Origin: a virus
Taxonomy: Duplodnaviria; Caudoviricetes
IMG/VR virus record: IMGVR_UViG_3300033146_005660
Location: 1 to 57,058 of that record
Direction: 5' to 3' (one strand)
DNA: 57,058 bases
How positions within the stretch are numbered: the first letter of the stretch is position 1; every line of letters begins with the position of its first letter. The position numbers and the translations under genes are program-made. The notes under the pieces are model-generated. The model did no database searches. It was not told where the DNA came from and was given only the letters and a program-made list of their open reading frames with translations. Of the stretch, positions 1-7,638 are shown piece by piece.

Positions 1-267
1 GGCAACCTAATGCGTTAGCCGGTCTTGCACCGGTCCCTTCGCCATGTTGAGAGACAAGATTCTCTCCGGAGGCTCCATCACCTCGGCAGAAAAAGATGGG
101 TTCCGCGAAGAACTAAAACTAAGGGTTTCCCCGGGCCATAAATCCGGGGGGAGTTGGCCTCTCCCGAAAAAGGCTGCGTTATCTGCACGCGACGTCCTCT
201 GATGTCAAACGCAGCGTAATACCACGGGGAAGCACCGTGGCGCGCTCACCGGCGCGGACAATTGGTA

Positions 268-316
268 GTGCAACGCGACTCAGGGTCGCCATGCTGGTTC
301 AACTCCAGGTTGCACG
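268..316 (+). ncRNA. D-armless tRNA-like element (copy 1)
   Basis: Acceptor-like stem GTGCAAC/GTTGCAC, central hairpin GCGAC-TCAGG-GTCGC, T-arm CTGG-TTCAACT-CCAG. Confidence 0.5.
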
Positions 317-372
317 CAGCGTAATACCACGGGGAAGCACCGTGGCGCGCTCACCGGCGCGGACAATTGGTA

Positions 373-421
373 GTGCAACGCGACTCAGGGTCGCCATGCT
401 GGTTCAACTCCAGGTTGCACG
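373..421 (+). ncRNA. D-armless tRNA-like element (copy 2)
   Basis: Identical to 268-316, within the tandem duplication. Confidence 0.5.
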
Positions 422-524
422 ATAGAGGCCGAGCACATGGCAAGACGTTTGTTGTGTGCTCGTTGTCGCCCGAAAGGGCACGGTGGCCGTGACGTGTACG
501 GTCGTTCATCATACAGGAGGTGTG

Positions 525-725
525 ATGAGATATGAAATGGCTTCGCGGATGGTCGAAGCCATTTTCCAGGGCCGTCTCTGGACGGCGAAAGGTCAACGAG
601 ACCTTCGCCGCATCCTAGAGGCGGCCCGCCGGGAACGGCGGGAATTCGTAAATGAGTTCCCGCCGGATGAGCTCGACGAGCTCATCGAAGGCGCGGCGAG
701 CGCTCTCAGCGTTGTAAACGCTTAG
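525..725 (+). CDS. Hypothetical protein, 66 aa
   Basis: AGGAGG RBS just before ATG 525 (MRYEMASR...). Confidence 0.7.
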   Translation: MRYEMASRMVEAIFQGRLWTAKGQRDLRRILEAARRERREFVNEFPPDELDELIEGAASALSVVNA

Positions 726-835
726 AGCGCTCGCCGGGTTCATCCGGCCGTCACTCCCCGGTGACGTTAAACCATATGGGGCCCCGATCCGGGTGCAGGG
801 TTTGGCAACCCTGGATAGGATGGGCGTACAGCGCC

Positions 836-965
836 CTGAGCACACAGGTGGCATCGAGAGATGTCACCGGGGGTGTCTCAGATGAGGTGCGATAGCACCG
901 CGGGAGTCCCCCGCACGGTAGCCTATACCGGTCACGGAAACATAGGGAAGGCAATTAGATAGCCT
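836..965 (+). ncRNA. Structured repeat element, partial copy A
   Basis: Shares the GCATC-GAGA-(G/A)TGT hairpin, the GGTGC..GCACC stem and GCGGGAGTCCCCCGCACGG with copies at 2112-2337 and 3010-3252. Confidence 0.6.
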
Positions 966-1020
966 TCGCAGGGGCCCGAAGTGGAGCATCGACGGATGTA
1001 AAGCTCCGGGTTCCTGTAGG

Positions 1021-1066
1021 TTCCACTGTGGTCTTAACGGAGGTTCGATTCCTCCGGTGGAAATCA
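1021..1066 (+). ncRNA. tRNA minihelix-like element (acceptor stem + T-arm)
   Basis: TTCCACT/GGTGGAA stem, GGAGG-TTCGATT-CCTCC T-arm, 11-nt linker, 3' ATCA. Confidence 0.6.
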
Positions 1067-1399
1067 AAGGTGCCGCTGCTTCTGAGGCAGTGCTCCGGGT
1101 AGCACCCGGACGAGAGTCAGGCTCGCACCATGACCGTCGTACAGAGTGTTGCTGTACGTGCCTGACCAGTATCGAGGGCAACCGGGCCCCCCTGAGCGGC
1201 AAATCGCCGCTATCGAGCAAGTCCCCCGCGACACAGGGGACATCCGGTAGGGAGAGCACTCTCCCGACCTCGCTCTTAGGAGCGGGATGAGGCCATTGTG
1301 GCCGAAAACTCGACGACGGTGCCGTTGCTCCGCTGTCGTTGAGTCACTGGGCACCCCAAGCAGATAGGGGTGCTCGATGAGCAACAGAAAGGAGGCCTC

Positions 1400-1594
1400 A
1401 TGAAGGCTTCCAAGAATTTCCGTCGCCTGGACGGAGTGGGCTTCGCCGATCTCGGCGAAGCCCACTCCGTCCACGGGCGCGTCTCGGCGAAGGAGCCGAG
1501 ACGCGCCCGTGGGCATCAGCGGTCTCTCCCCTCGTGGGAGAGGCCGCTGTCGTCACTCGGTGACGCCCTCCGCGAGGCGGGCGTCACCAAGTAG
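1400..1594 (+). CDS. Hypothetical protein, 64 aa
   Basis: AAGGAGG RBS before ATG 1400 (MKASKNF...). Confidence 0.65.
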   Translation: MKASKNFRRLDGVGFADLGEAHSVHGRVSAKEPRRARGHQRSLPSWERPLSSLGDALREAGVTK

Positions 1595-1724
1595 CGACGG
1601 ACGAGCAGTAGCGCCATGACGCTGCTCGTCCACAACATCATGGCCCTTCAGTCGTTGGGGATCAACGACCTCCACCGTGCGGAGTAGAGCACGATAGAGC
1701 GCGAACGTGAGTTCGTGAACTCTT

Positions 1725-1790
1725 AACGTCGCTCACAGGGCGCACCGTTGTACGTTACAGGCGTACGAGGACGGGGCTCTGTGGGACCTT
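1725..1790 (+). repeat. 66-bp hairpin leader repeat, copy 1
   Basis: Identical to 2464-2529; folds CTCACAGGGC/GCTCTGTGGG with inner GTACG/CGTAC; lies just upstream of an RBS. Confidence 0.9.
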
Positions 1791-1807
1791 TACTGAAGGG
1801 AGGGCCT

Positions 1808-2095
1808 ATGGCCCGCCGCTGCGCGACGAAGCGCAGCTCCTTTCGTCGTCAGCTGGCGGCGAAACGCCTCAACGGTCTCATGGAAGACCGCGAGGCGGTC
1901 TACGCCGCCAGTAGCTGGCTGTCCCGCCAGGCGGTAATGTCGCCTGGCGGGCGCACCCGGTCGGCGGCGGAATCCGCAGCGTTCAGAACGGAGAACGCTG
2001 CGGAGTTCCGCCGCCTGAGGGTGCAGGCTGCAAAGCTGGAGAGGGAAATCTCAAACGCGCTGTTTGAGATCTCCCTCCTGGCCGGCAGCCGGTAG
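1808..2095 (+). CDS. Hypothetical basic protein, 95 aa
   Basis: GGGAGG RBS before ATG 1808 (MARRCATK...). Confidence 0.65.
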   Translation: MARRCATKRSSFRRQLAAKRLNGLMEDREAVYAASSWLSRQAVMSPGGRTRSAAESAAFRTENAAEFRRLRVQAAKLEREISNALFEISLLAGSR

Positions 2096-2111
2096 CCGGC
2101 AGACGGCGGGA

Positions 2112-2337
2112 CCCCTACGCCCGAGAGGGTGTAACTGCTGTGGATCGTAGATTCACAGCGGCGTAGGGGCGTATGGCACTAACGTAAGTGCTCGGCAAAC
2201 TACTGTCGTGAGCTGACAGGGAGCATCGAGAGGTGTTCCTGGGGCAGTGTAGAGTCAGGTGTTGTCACACCGCGGGAGTCCCCCGCACGGGCCATCCACC
2301 CGTCGACGAGAACTGGAGAGGGTCAACCAGATTGACC
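2112..2337 (+). ncRNA. Structured repeat element, copy B (candidate novel ncRNA)
   Basis: Colinear with 3010-3252; differences cluster as compensatory stem changes; GAGA/GTGA GNRA loops. Confidence 0.7.
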
Positions 2338-2339
2338 GG

Positions 2340-2376
2340 CGTCCCCGTACGAACTGTACGTGCGGGGACGTTTTTT
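2340..2376 (+). terminator. Intrinsic terminator-like hairpin + T6
   Basis: CGTCCCCGTAC...GTGCGGGGACG followed by TTTTTT. Confidence 0.75.
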
Positions 2377-2419
2377 CGCTGTGGTCTTGACGGAGGTTCG
2401 ATTCCTTCGGCGGAAATCA
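2374..2419 (+). ncRNA. tRNA minihelix-like element, copy 2
   Basis: TTTCGCT/GGCGGAA stem, GGAGG-TTCGATT-CCTTC T-arm, 3' ATCA; A-T to G-C covariation relative to 1021-1066. Confidence 0.6.
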
Positions 2420-2463
2420 TCCCGGCCGCAGTAGTGCGGCAACGGAGCTATCCGTGAATAGCA

Positions 2464-2529
2464 AACGTCGCTCACAGGGCGCACCGTTGTACGTTACAGG
2501 CGTACGAGGACGGGGCTCTGTGGGACCTT
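2464..2529 (+). repeat. 66-bp hairpin leader repeat, copy 2
   Basis: Identical to 1725-1790. Confidence 0.9.
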
Positions 2530-2567
2530 CGACGGCTCGCTCTCAAAGGAGCGGGCAGGAGACAAGC

Positions 2568-2990
2568 ATGACCATCAAGGTCATCGCCGAATCTCACGTC
2601 GACCACGGGATCGCCAAACCGGCGCTTCAGTGGCTCCTCGATCGGTTCGCCGATCGTGACGGTTTCTTCATTGAGACCGTGGAGCTACCGGAAGAGCTGG
2701 GGATGGTTCCTTGTGGGTTGCACGGACCGCTGATGGGTGATGAGCCCATCGCCGAGTCCGAAGTGACCTACAAGGCTCGTGGGGAGCGAGGGTACCCCTC
2801 TCGCCTAGCGGATCGTCCCGCGCGCCAAGTGCGCACGGTGACCGTCATCGCTGGGCCCGATGGGGACGAGCCCTGCGTGTTGTACACGGCCTTTGGTGGG
2901 CCGTTGACACCGCAGGAGCCCGGTGATCCGAGCTGTAAGGACTTGAAAGAGTCCCAGCAGTTCTGGTCAACCCACGCGCTTTCCGCGTAG
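2568..2990 (+). CDS. Hypothetical protein, 140 aa
   Basis: AGGAG RBS before ATG 2568 (MTIKVIAESHVDHG...); globular-looking sequence. Confidence 0.85.
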   Translation: MTIKVIAESHVDHGIAKPALQWLLDRFADRDGFFIETVELPEELGMVPCGLHGPLMGDEPIAESEVTYKARGERGYPSRLADRPARQVRTVTVIAGPDGDEPCVLYTAFGGPLTPQEPGDPSCKDLKESQQFWSTHALSA

Positions 2991-3009
2991 GTTCTCCGGA
3001 CCGACGGTT

Positions 3010-3252
3010 CCCTACGCCCGAGAGGGTGTAACTGCTTCGAGTCATAGACTCTAAGCGGCGTAGGGGCGTATAGCACTAACGTAAAGTGCTCGGCAGTCTG
3101 CTGTCGTGAGCTGACAGAGCTTACCGTGAGGTAAGTTCGGGGCAGTGCAGAGAAGAGGTGCAAAGGGTAGCCAATCCCGAAAGCACCGCAGGAGTCCCCT
3201 GCGCGGAGCAACTCTCCGGTCTTTGGAAAGAGTGAGGTTAACCAGATTGACC
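3010..3252 (+). ncRNA. Structured repeat element, copy C (candidate novel ncRNA)
   Basis: Colinear with 2112-2337, with compensatory changes. Confidence 0.7.
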
Positions 3253-3254
3253 GG

Positions 3255-3293
3255 CGCCCCCATGCGAACTGTACGCACGGGGGCGTTTTTTTT
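3255..3293 (+). terminator. Intrinsic terminator-like hairpin + T8
   Basis: CGCCCCC...GGGGGCG followed by TTTTTTTT; homologous to 2340-2376. Confidence 0.8.
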
Positions 3294-3379
3294 AATGTCC
3301 AGGAGTACCCGGGCCTGGAGCTCTGCTTGCAGAGAATAGTACGGGATTATGATAACCACCCACGGGAAGGAGAAACACC

Positions 3380-3433
3380 ATGGGTGACGTTGTCAAAGAG
3401 GCCGTTCGGATCATTATCCGGACGGGCTCGTAG
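3380..3433 (+). CDS. Possible 17-aa peptide MGDVVKEAVRIIIRTGS
   Basis: Strong GGAAGGAG RBS at canonical spacing; below the ORF-track cutoff. Confidence 0.4.
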   Translation: MGDVVKEAVRIIIRTGS

Positions 3434-3510
3434 AGACTTCCCGCGCCGAGCGGTCAACAATCGGCGCGGGTAGAGACTTCCCGCGCCGAGCGGTCAACAA
3501 TCGGCGCGGG
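3430..3510. repeat. Perfect tandem duplication of a hairpin, 40-bp period, 2 copies
   Basis: GTAGAGACTTCCCGCGCCGAGCGGTCAACAATCGGCGCGG twice; each copy has a CCCGCGCCGA/TCGGCGCGGG stem. Confidence 0.95.
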
Positions 3511-3515
3511 AACTC

Positions 3516-3584
3516 GTCTGCAGTCCAGGAGACCCTGAGCGTGCTGTTGCGCGAGCAGGTGAGGTTCGACACCTTATGCGGACA
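3516..3584 (+). ncRNA. Degenerate cloverleaf tRNA-like element
   Basis: GTCTGCA/TGCGGAC acceptor stem, CAGG/CCTG mini D-arm, CGTGC/GCGCG arm with non-canonical loop, TGAGG-TTCGACA-CCTTA T-arm; no CCA. Confidence 0.55.
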
Positions 3585-3675
3585 TTGTGTGCTCCACGGT
3601 GGAGTACATATTAACCAGGGTGCCCTTGGGTGCCCGTATTTGAGCCCGGATTAGATTCGGGCGAAGGAGGACATC

Positions 3676-5553
3676 ATGTCCAATCTTCAAACTTCCGCGC
3701 GCACCAACACCAACACCACCGCCAGCGCCAGCGCCGCGACGGCGGCGTTCCTGTTAGAGATGGCCGAGGAGTGGGGCTCGGCCAACCCGCGAGCGGTCGC
3801 GAGGTGGTCTAGGCCCCTCGCGGCCCCCGAGGTCGATCGGCCCAAGAGGCCGATGACAGAAAGGAGGTACGTCGCGGCCGTCCGCGACGTCCTCCGAAAT
3901 CTCCGCCGCGATGCGGAGTTCTCGGGGGACGACGCAAAGGCCGGTTATTACGACGGCCTGGCGGGCGAGGACGCCAGGCTGATCATCGGCCTGGGCCTCA
4001 ACCACATCCGGCCCCTTGACTGGGGTCGGATGGATCGGCGAGTCGACGGGGCGCTCGCCGAGTGGCATCGGCTGATGCCCCGATCTGGGGTTGTTGGGTC
4101 GACCAACAACCTCGACCCCGAGTTCTTATTTGCCCTCTACAGGGCGAAATGGACGCGGGGACTCCCGACGCCCGTCGGGGAGAAGCATTGGATTGACCTC
4201 GGGTCGGTCCAGTGGTTCCTCCAGAGGGCGTTCCGCCAACGCGACTGGCGGACCTTCCTCTGGATCTGGCGGAATCCAGAGGAGGCGGCGTTCGTCGGAG
4301 ACCGTTCCTACGGGAACCTCCGGCGAGTCGCCAAGGGCGGCCTCCGCATGAGGTGGGCAATCCGCTTCATGCGGAACCGCGCTCGGCACGAGCACGGTGG
4401 ATGCACCTCCTGGCTACAGAGCCAGGAGGTGCACTGGGAGGCCACCCTGGAGGAAATCCAGAGGGCCAGGGAGGCCCTCTGGGTCGAACTTGCTCGCCTT
4501 CTGCGTGGCGACGACTTCTGGGAGGTCGTCGCGCCAAAGAAGGCGACGTGGATCCGCTACCACCGGCGGATCCCAACCGGCGAACTCGGAGACTTCCTCG
4601 TCCGGGAGGTCCCCAAGTCGGAGATCAAGAACCTCGTGTGGAAGAAGTTCCACGAGGTGTTCCGGCATCTCCAAGACTTGGGGCTCCACCTGGAGGACGC
4701 CGCTAAGGGAGCCATTGCGCTCATCGGCGTCTTCGGTCCACGTTGGAAGACGTGGCTCCAGAGAATGGAGGCTCGGCACGTTGGCGCTCACAACGCCACG
4801 TACTGGCTCCCTGCGGCCACGCAGCCCGATCTGGGCGCGTGGTTGCTGCGTCACCTGGAGACCAACCAGGAGACGCTCCGGCTTGTGGTGAGCCGGTGGG
4901 AGGACCTCTCGGACGAGGACAGGAAACTCCCCACTGCGAAGATCGTCGCCGTGATCCGTGCGTCTGCGTACGGAAGCGAGGCGAGCCTCAACCGCGCTCT
5001 TGCCGAAGAGTGCGGCCGGTGGGGAGTCTCCAAGGAGAGGTTCTCGAAGTACGTTCGAAAGTACTCCGGGAGCCTCTCAGGCCTCAAGGAGGAGACCGTC
5101 CCTGGCTTTCCGCCGGTCAAGGACGGTGAGCTCACCGCATACCGTCTGGCGCGCGGTGATGTTCGGGGGCTTTTCCTCGGCGAGCACACGAACTGCTGTC
5201 AGTCCGTGGGAAACGTTGCCAAGTCATGCGCTTGGCACGGTGCCACGGGCCGCGACGGCGGGTTCGTGGTCGTCGAGCGCCAAGGCCAGATTGTGGCTCA
5301 GAGCTACGTCTGGCGCGACGGAGCTCACCTGGTGTTCGACTCGCTCGAATGCCTTGGTGAGCGGAAGAAGTTCCGCCCGATCATGCTGGCGGCGGCCAGG
5401 GAGATGGTCGGGCGACTCGGCGTCGGAGGCGTGTACGCCGGCGACGGATACGGCACGTCGGATGAACGGATTCGGAATCCGTTCATCCACAAGGCGATGT
5501 ACAGTGCGGACTCGGAGATGGTCCGCCTTGTCGCTGGAAAGGCGGTGAAATAA
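3676..5553 (+). CDS. 625-aa protein with a C-terminal PcfJ/GNAT-like domain
   Basis: AAGGAGG RBS; C-terminal LGEHTNCCQ..SCAWHG..GFVVV..IVAQSYVW..LVFDSLE pattern; family name is tentative. Confidence 0.6.
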   Translation: MSNLQTSARTNTNTTASASAATAAFLLEMAEEWGSANPRAVARWSRPLAAPEVDRPKRPMTERRYVAAVRDVLRNLRRDAEFSGDDAKAGYYDGLAGEDARLIIGLGLNHIRPLDWGRMDRRVDGALAEWHRLMPRSGVVGSTNNLDPEFLFALYRAKWTRGLPTPVGEKHWIDLGSVQWFLQRAFRQRDWRTFLWIWRNPEEAAFVGDRSYGNLRRVAKGGLRMRWAIRFMRNRARHEHGGCTSWLQSQEVHWEATLEEIQRAREALWVELARLLRGDDFWEVVAPKKATWIRYHRRIPTGELGDFLVREVPKSEIKNLVWKKFHEVFRHLQDLGLHLEDAAKGAIALIGVFGPRWKTWLQRMEARHVGAHNATYWLPAATQPDLGAWLLRHLETNQETLRLVVSRWEDLSDEDRKLPTAKIVAVIRASAYGSEASLNRALAEECGRWGVSKERFSKYVRKYSGSLSGLKEETVPGFPPVKDGELTAYRLARGDVRGLFLGEHTNCCQSVGNVAKSCAWHGATGRDGGFVVVERQGQIVAQSYVWRDGAHLVFDSLECLGERKKFRPIMLAAAREMVGRLGVGGVYAGDGYGTSDERIRNPFIHKAMYSADSEMVRLVAGKAVK

Positions 5554-5667
5554 TTAACCTGGAGCATCGATACCAGCACTGCTCCCGTTCATATACAACC
5601 GCGTTCCGAGCACAGAGCTGCACGGTCCGGAACGCAAACTCGCATGTGCAGCAGAAAGGAGGCCCAC

Positions 5668-6369
5668 ATGGCTTCCAAAACAGGAGGGGGGCTCAAGCCC
5701 CTCCCCGGCGTTGGCGTTAAGGCGCCGCGCCGGAACAAGCCTCGCGAGCGCGCGATGGCGAGCGAAGTGCGCTCGCGAGGCAATGCCTTGCCCGGGGAAA
5801 CCCGATCCCGCATGACGGGATTCCCCGGGCTTGTTGGGGCTCGAGTCGACTTCGAGCCCCAACTCATCGTCGCCGTCGGGGCGGCGGGTTCTGGACGACT
5901 GGCGTGGACGAACGCCGTCGTCGGGACCTGGCCGTCCCGACGGGAAGACTCTCGGGGCGCGTTGATCGTGGCGCGCCCCACAGATTTCTTCTCCGCGGAG
6001 GGCATCAAATACTCCGGGGAGAAGATGCGCGAGGCAGGCCAGTGGGCCTTGCGCGCAGTGATCGAGGGCGCGCGAGTCGGCCGCGACGTCCTCGCCGACG
6101 GTGGGACGGGAGCGTTCTCCGCGCTCTCGCCCATCGTTGAGATCGGCCTCGCGTATGGCCTGTCCATACGCGTGGTCATCTTCGTCTCTGACGTCCGCAC
6201 GTGCTCGTCCCGCGTGCGGACGTCAGATCGGGTCCTCGACCGCCAAGTGCGGCGTGTCGAGCGCCTTGTGGAGACCTGGCCAGGCTTCTGGCCAACTCCC
6301 GAGGTCCTCGACGTCCGCGAAGGCGGCGAGGACCTGAGACGCCTCCAGCAGTGGGGCGTCGACATCTAA
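5668..6369 (+). CDS. Degenerate P-loop kinase (AAA_33/PNK-like)
   Basis: AAAGGAGG RBS; LIVAVGAAGSGR Walker-A-like motif with K replaced by R; resembles 10523-10963. Confidence 0.6.
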   Translation: MASKTGGGLKPLPGVGVKAPRRNKPRERAMASEVRSRGNALPGETRSRMTGFPGLVGARVDFEPQLIVAVGAAGSGRLAWTNAVVGTWPSRREDSRGALIVARPTDFFSAEGIKYSGEKMREAGQWALRAVIEGARVGRDVLADGGTGAFSALSPIVEIGLAYGLSIRVVIFVSDVRTCSSRVRTSDRVLDRQVRRVERLVETWPGFWPTPEVLDVREGGEDLRRLQQWGVDI

Positions 6370-6421
6370 GCTGTTCACTCCGCCAGCCCACCGGAGTCTA
6401 AATATAGTGGGCAACCCACCG

Positions 6422-6454
6422 GGCGAGCACCATCCAAGGTGTTCGCCTTTTTTT
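6422..6454 (+). terminator. Intrinsic terminator
   Basis: GGCGAGCACC-ATCCAA-GGTGTTCGCC + T7. Confidence 0.8.
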
Positions 6455-6490
6455 ACTATCGGAGAAAGATACCGATCAAGGAGAACGACC

Positions 6491-6922
6491 ATGAACAACG
6501 CCAAGTCCTTCAAGCTCAAAGAGTTCAAGGTGGGCTGGCGAAACAACCCTTTGGTCATAAACGCCTGGGGTGGCGGGCACACGCATGAGACGGACCCCAC
6601 ACGCAAGGGGTGGCGCATCCAACCGGTCAAGGAGAACCGAAAGGGAGCCATTCTTTTCGGTCGGCCCGGGAAGCTCGGATGCTTTTCCGTGGTCTCCCTG
6701 TCGGATGGCGAGCTCGATGTCGCCATGTACGACGGGAAGCCCGAGGACGTTGCGGATTACCTGCGAACCGGACAGCACTGTGAAGGTTCGTGGGACCCCG
6801 ACTACCACGAGGCAAAGAACATCTCCGGATGGGCTATTGAGTTCGTCCAGGAGATCGAGAGCCGTGAGAAAAACGGATGGTTCGAGGACGTAGACATCAA
6901 TAATCATTGCGCACTTGTTTAG
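6491..6922 (+). CDS. Hypothetical protein, 143 aa
   Basis: AAGGAG RBS before ATG 6491 (MNNAKSF...). Confidence 0.8.
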   Translation: MNNAKSFKLKEFKVGWRNNPLVINAWGGGHTHETDPTRKGWRIQPVKENRKGAILFGRPGKLGCFSVVSLSDGELDVAMYDGKPEDVADYLRTGQHCEGSWDPDYHEAKNISGWAIEFVQEIESREKNGWFEDVDINNHCALV

Positions 6923-6946
6923 CCATCATCAATTCGCATTAAATAT

Positions 6947-6955
6947 GGCATAAGA
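6947..6955 (+). promoter_or_regulatory. GGCATAAGA motif (putative phage-RNAP promoter)
   Basis: One of five intergenic copies, each at the start of a plus-strand unit; AT-rich context. Confidence 0.65.
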
Positions 6956-7113
6956 TATCTATAGAAAACAAATACTTACATACGATTTAAGAATCAATAC
7001 AAATCAATACAAATCAATCAATAGATTATCAGCTCCATGGCAACCGGGCCCATGGGTCAACGCTGAACTTTGCCCGGAATGCACCCACTTAGATTGGGTG
7101 ACAAGGAGACGTT

Positions 7114-7638
7114 GTGGAAAAGAACGTCAAGACAGTTATGGAGATCGGAATCGGCATCCTCACGGACGACTCTGCAAACATGGAGTCCGTTAAGAACCTA
7201 AGGGACTCTTCAAGCAGGCTAACCACGGACTGGCCATGGGACTGTTCGGTCTACCTCTCCGAAATGATGAGATCCATCGAGCTCCTATTGGCACTCGTGT
7301 TCGATGAACACGGAGAAGACCGAGACAATGATGTCACTGTCATTGTCTCGAAATCGTTCGATGCCATGGCCATACGCGCCGCCGCCAGTTTCCTCGTTGC
7401 CAACGCGCGCCGCCAAGGGTTCTCGGGGAAGAATGTCGATCACGCTGAAAAGGTGATCGCCATGTCGAACACAATCATCAGCGGAGCCAAGTTGATTAGC
7501 ATCGAAGCGGAAAAGGAGGGGGTTTCCACGAGATGGTCCGAACTCGGAAGCTGGAAGAAAAAGTTCCTCGACTTCTCCAACTCCCCCCACGAGGAGCTCC
7601 GAAAATTCAGCAAGCTCCTGAAAGGAGAACGGAAATGA
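7114..7638 (+). CDS. Hypothetical protein, 174 aa
   Basis: AAGGAG RBS, GTG start, coupled to the next gene. Confidence 0.75.
   Translation: MEKNVKTVMEIGIGILTDDSANMESVKNLRDSSSRLTTDWPWDCSVYLSEMMRSIELLLALVFDEHGEDRDNDVTVIVSKSFDAMAIRAAASFLVANARRQGFSGKNVDHAEKVIAMSNTIISGAKLISIEAEKEGVSTRWSELGSWKKKFLDFSNSPHEELRKFSKLLKGERK

Larger units (their letters stand above)
209..421. repeat. Perfect tandem duplication, 105-bp period, 2 copies
   Basis: GCAGCGTAATACCACGGGG...CCAGGTTGCAC starts at 211 and again at 316. Confidence 0.95.

Noticed and set aside
237-425. 62-aa ORF with an internal repeat
   Set aside because: By-product of the 105-bp duplication; no RBS.
900-965. Cobalamin riboswitch (GGGAAGG motif)
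   Set aside because: Other conserved elements (AGGGAA..CGGTG, GCAACTGT, CCAG.AGACC) are not present.
2340-2370. GAACTGTACGTGCG resembles the reverse complement of the 3' half of group II intron domain V
   Set aside because: The 5' half of domain V (catalytic triad arm) is absent, no reverse transcriptase is present, and the segment is explained as a plus-strand terminator hairpin.
209-3510. Repeats as a CRISPR array
   Set aside because: Only two-copy tandem duplications without unique spacers; no cas genes.
268-3584. Functional decoding tRNA genes or tmRNA
   Set aside because: None has a canonical D-arm plus 7-nt anticodon loop or an encoded CCA; no tmRNA 5' end or tag reading frame was recognised.
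6992-7024. AATCAATACA short tandem repeat as iterons
   Set aside because: Only 2-3 short copies in an A-rich leader; more simply unstructured 5' UTR or slippage.
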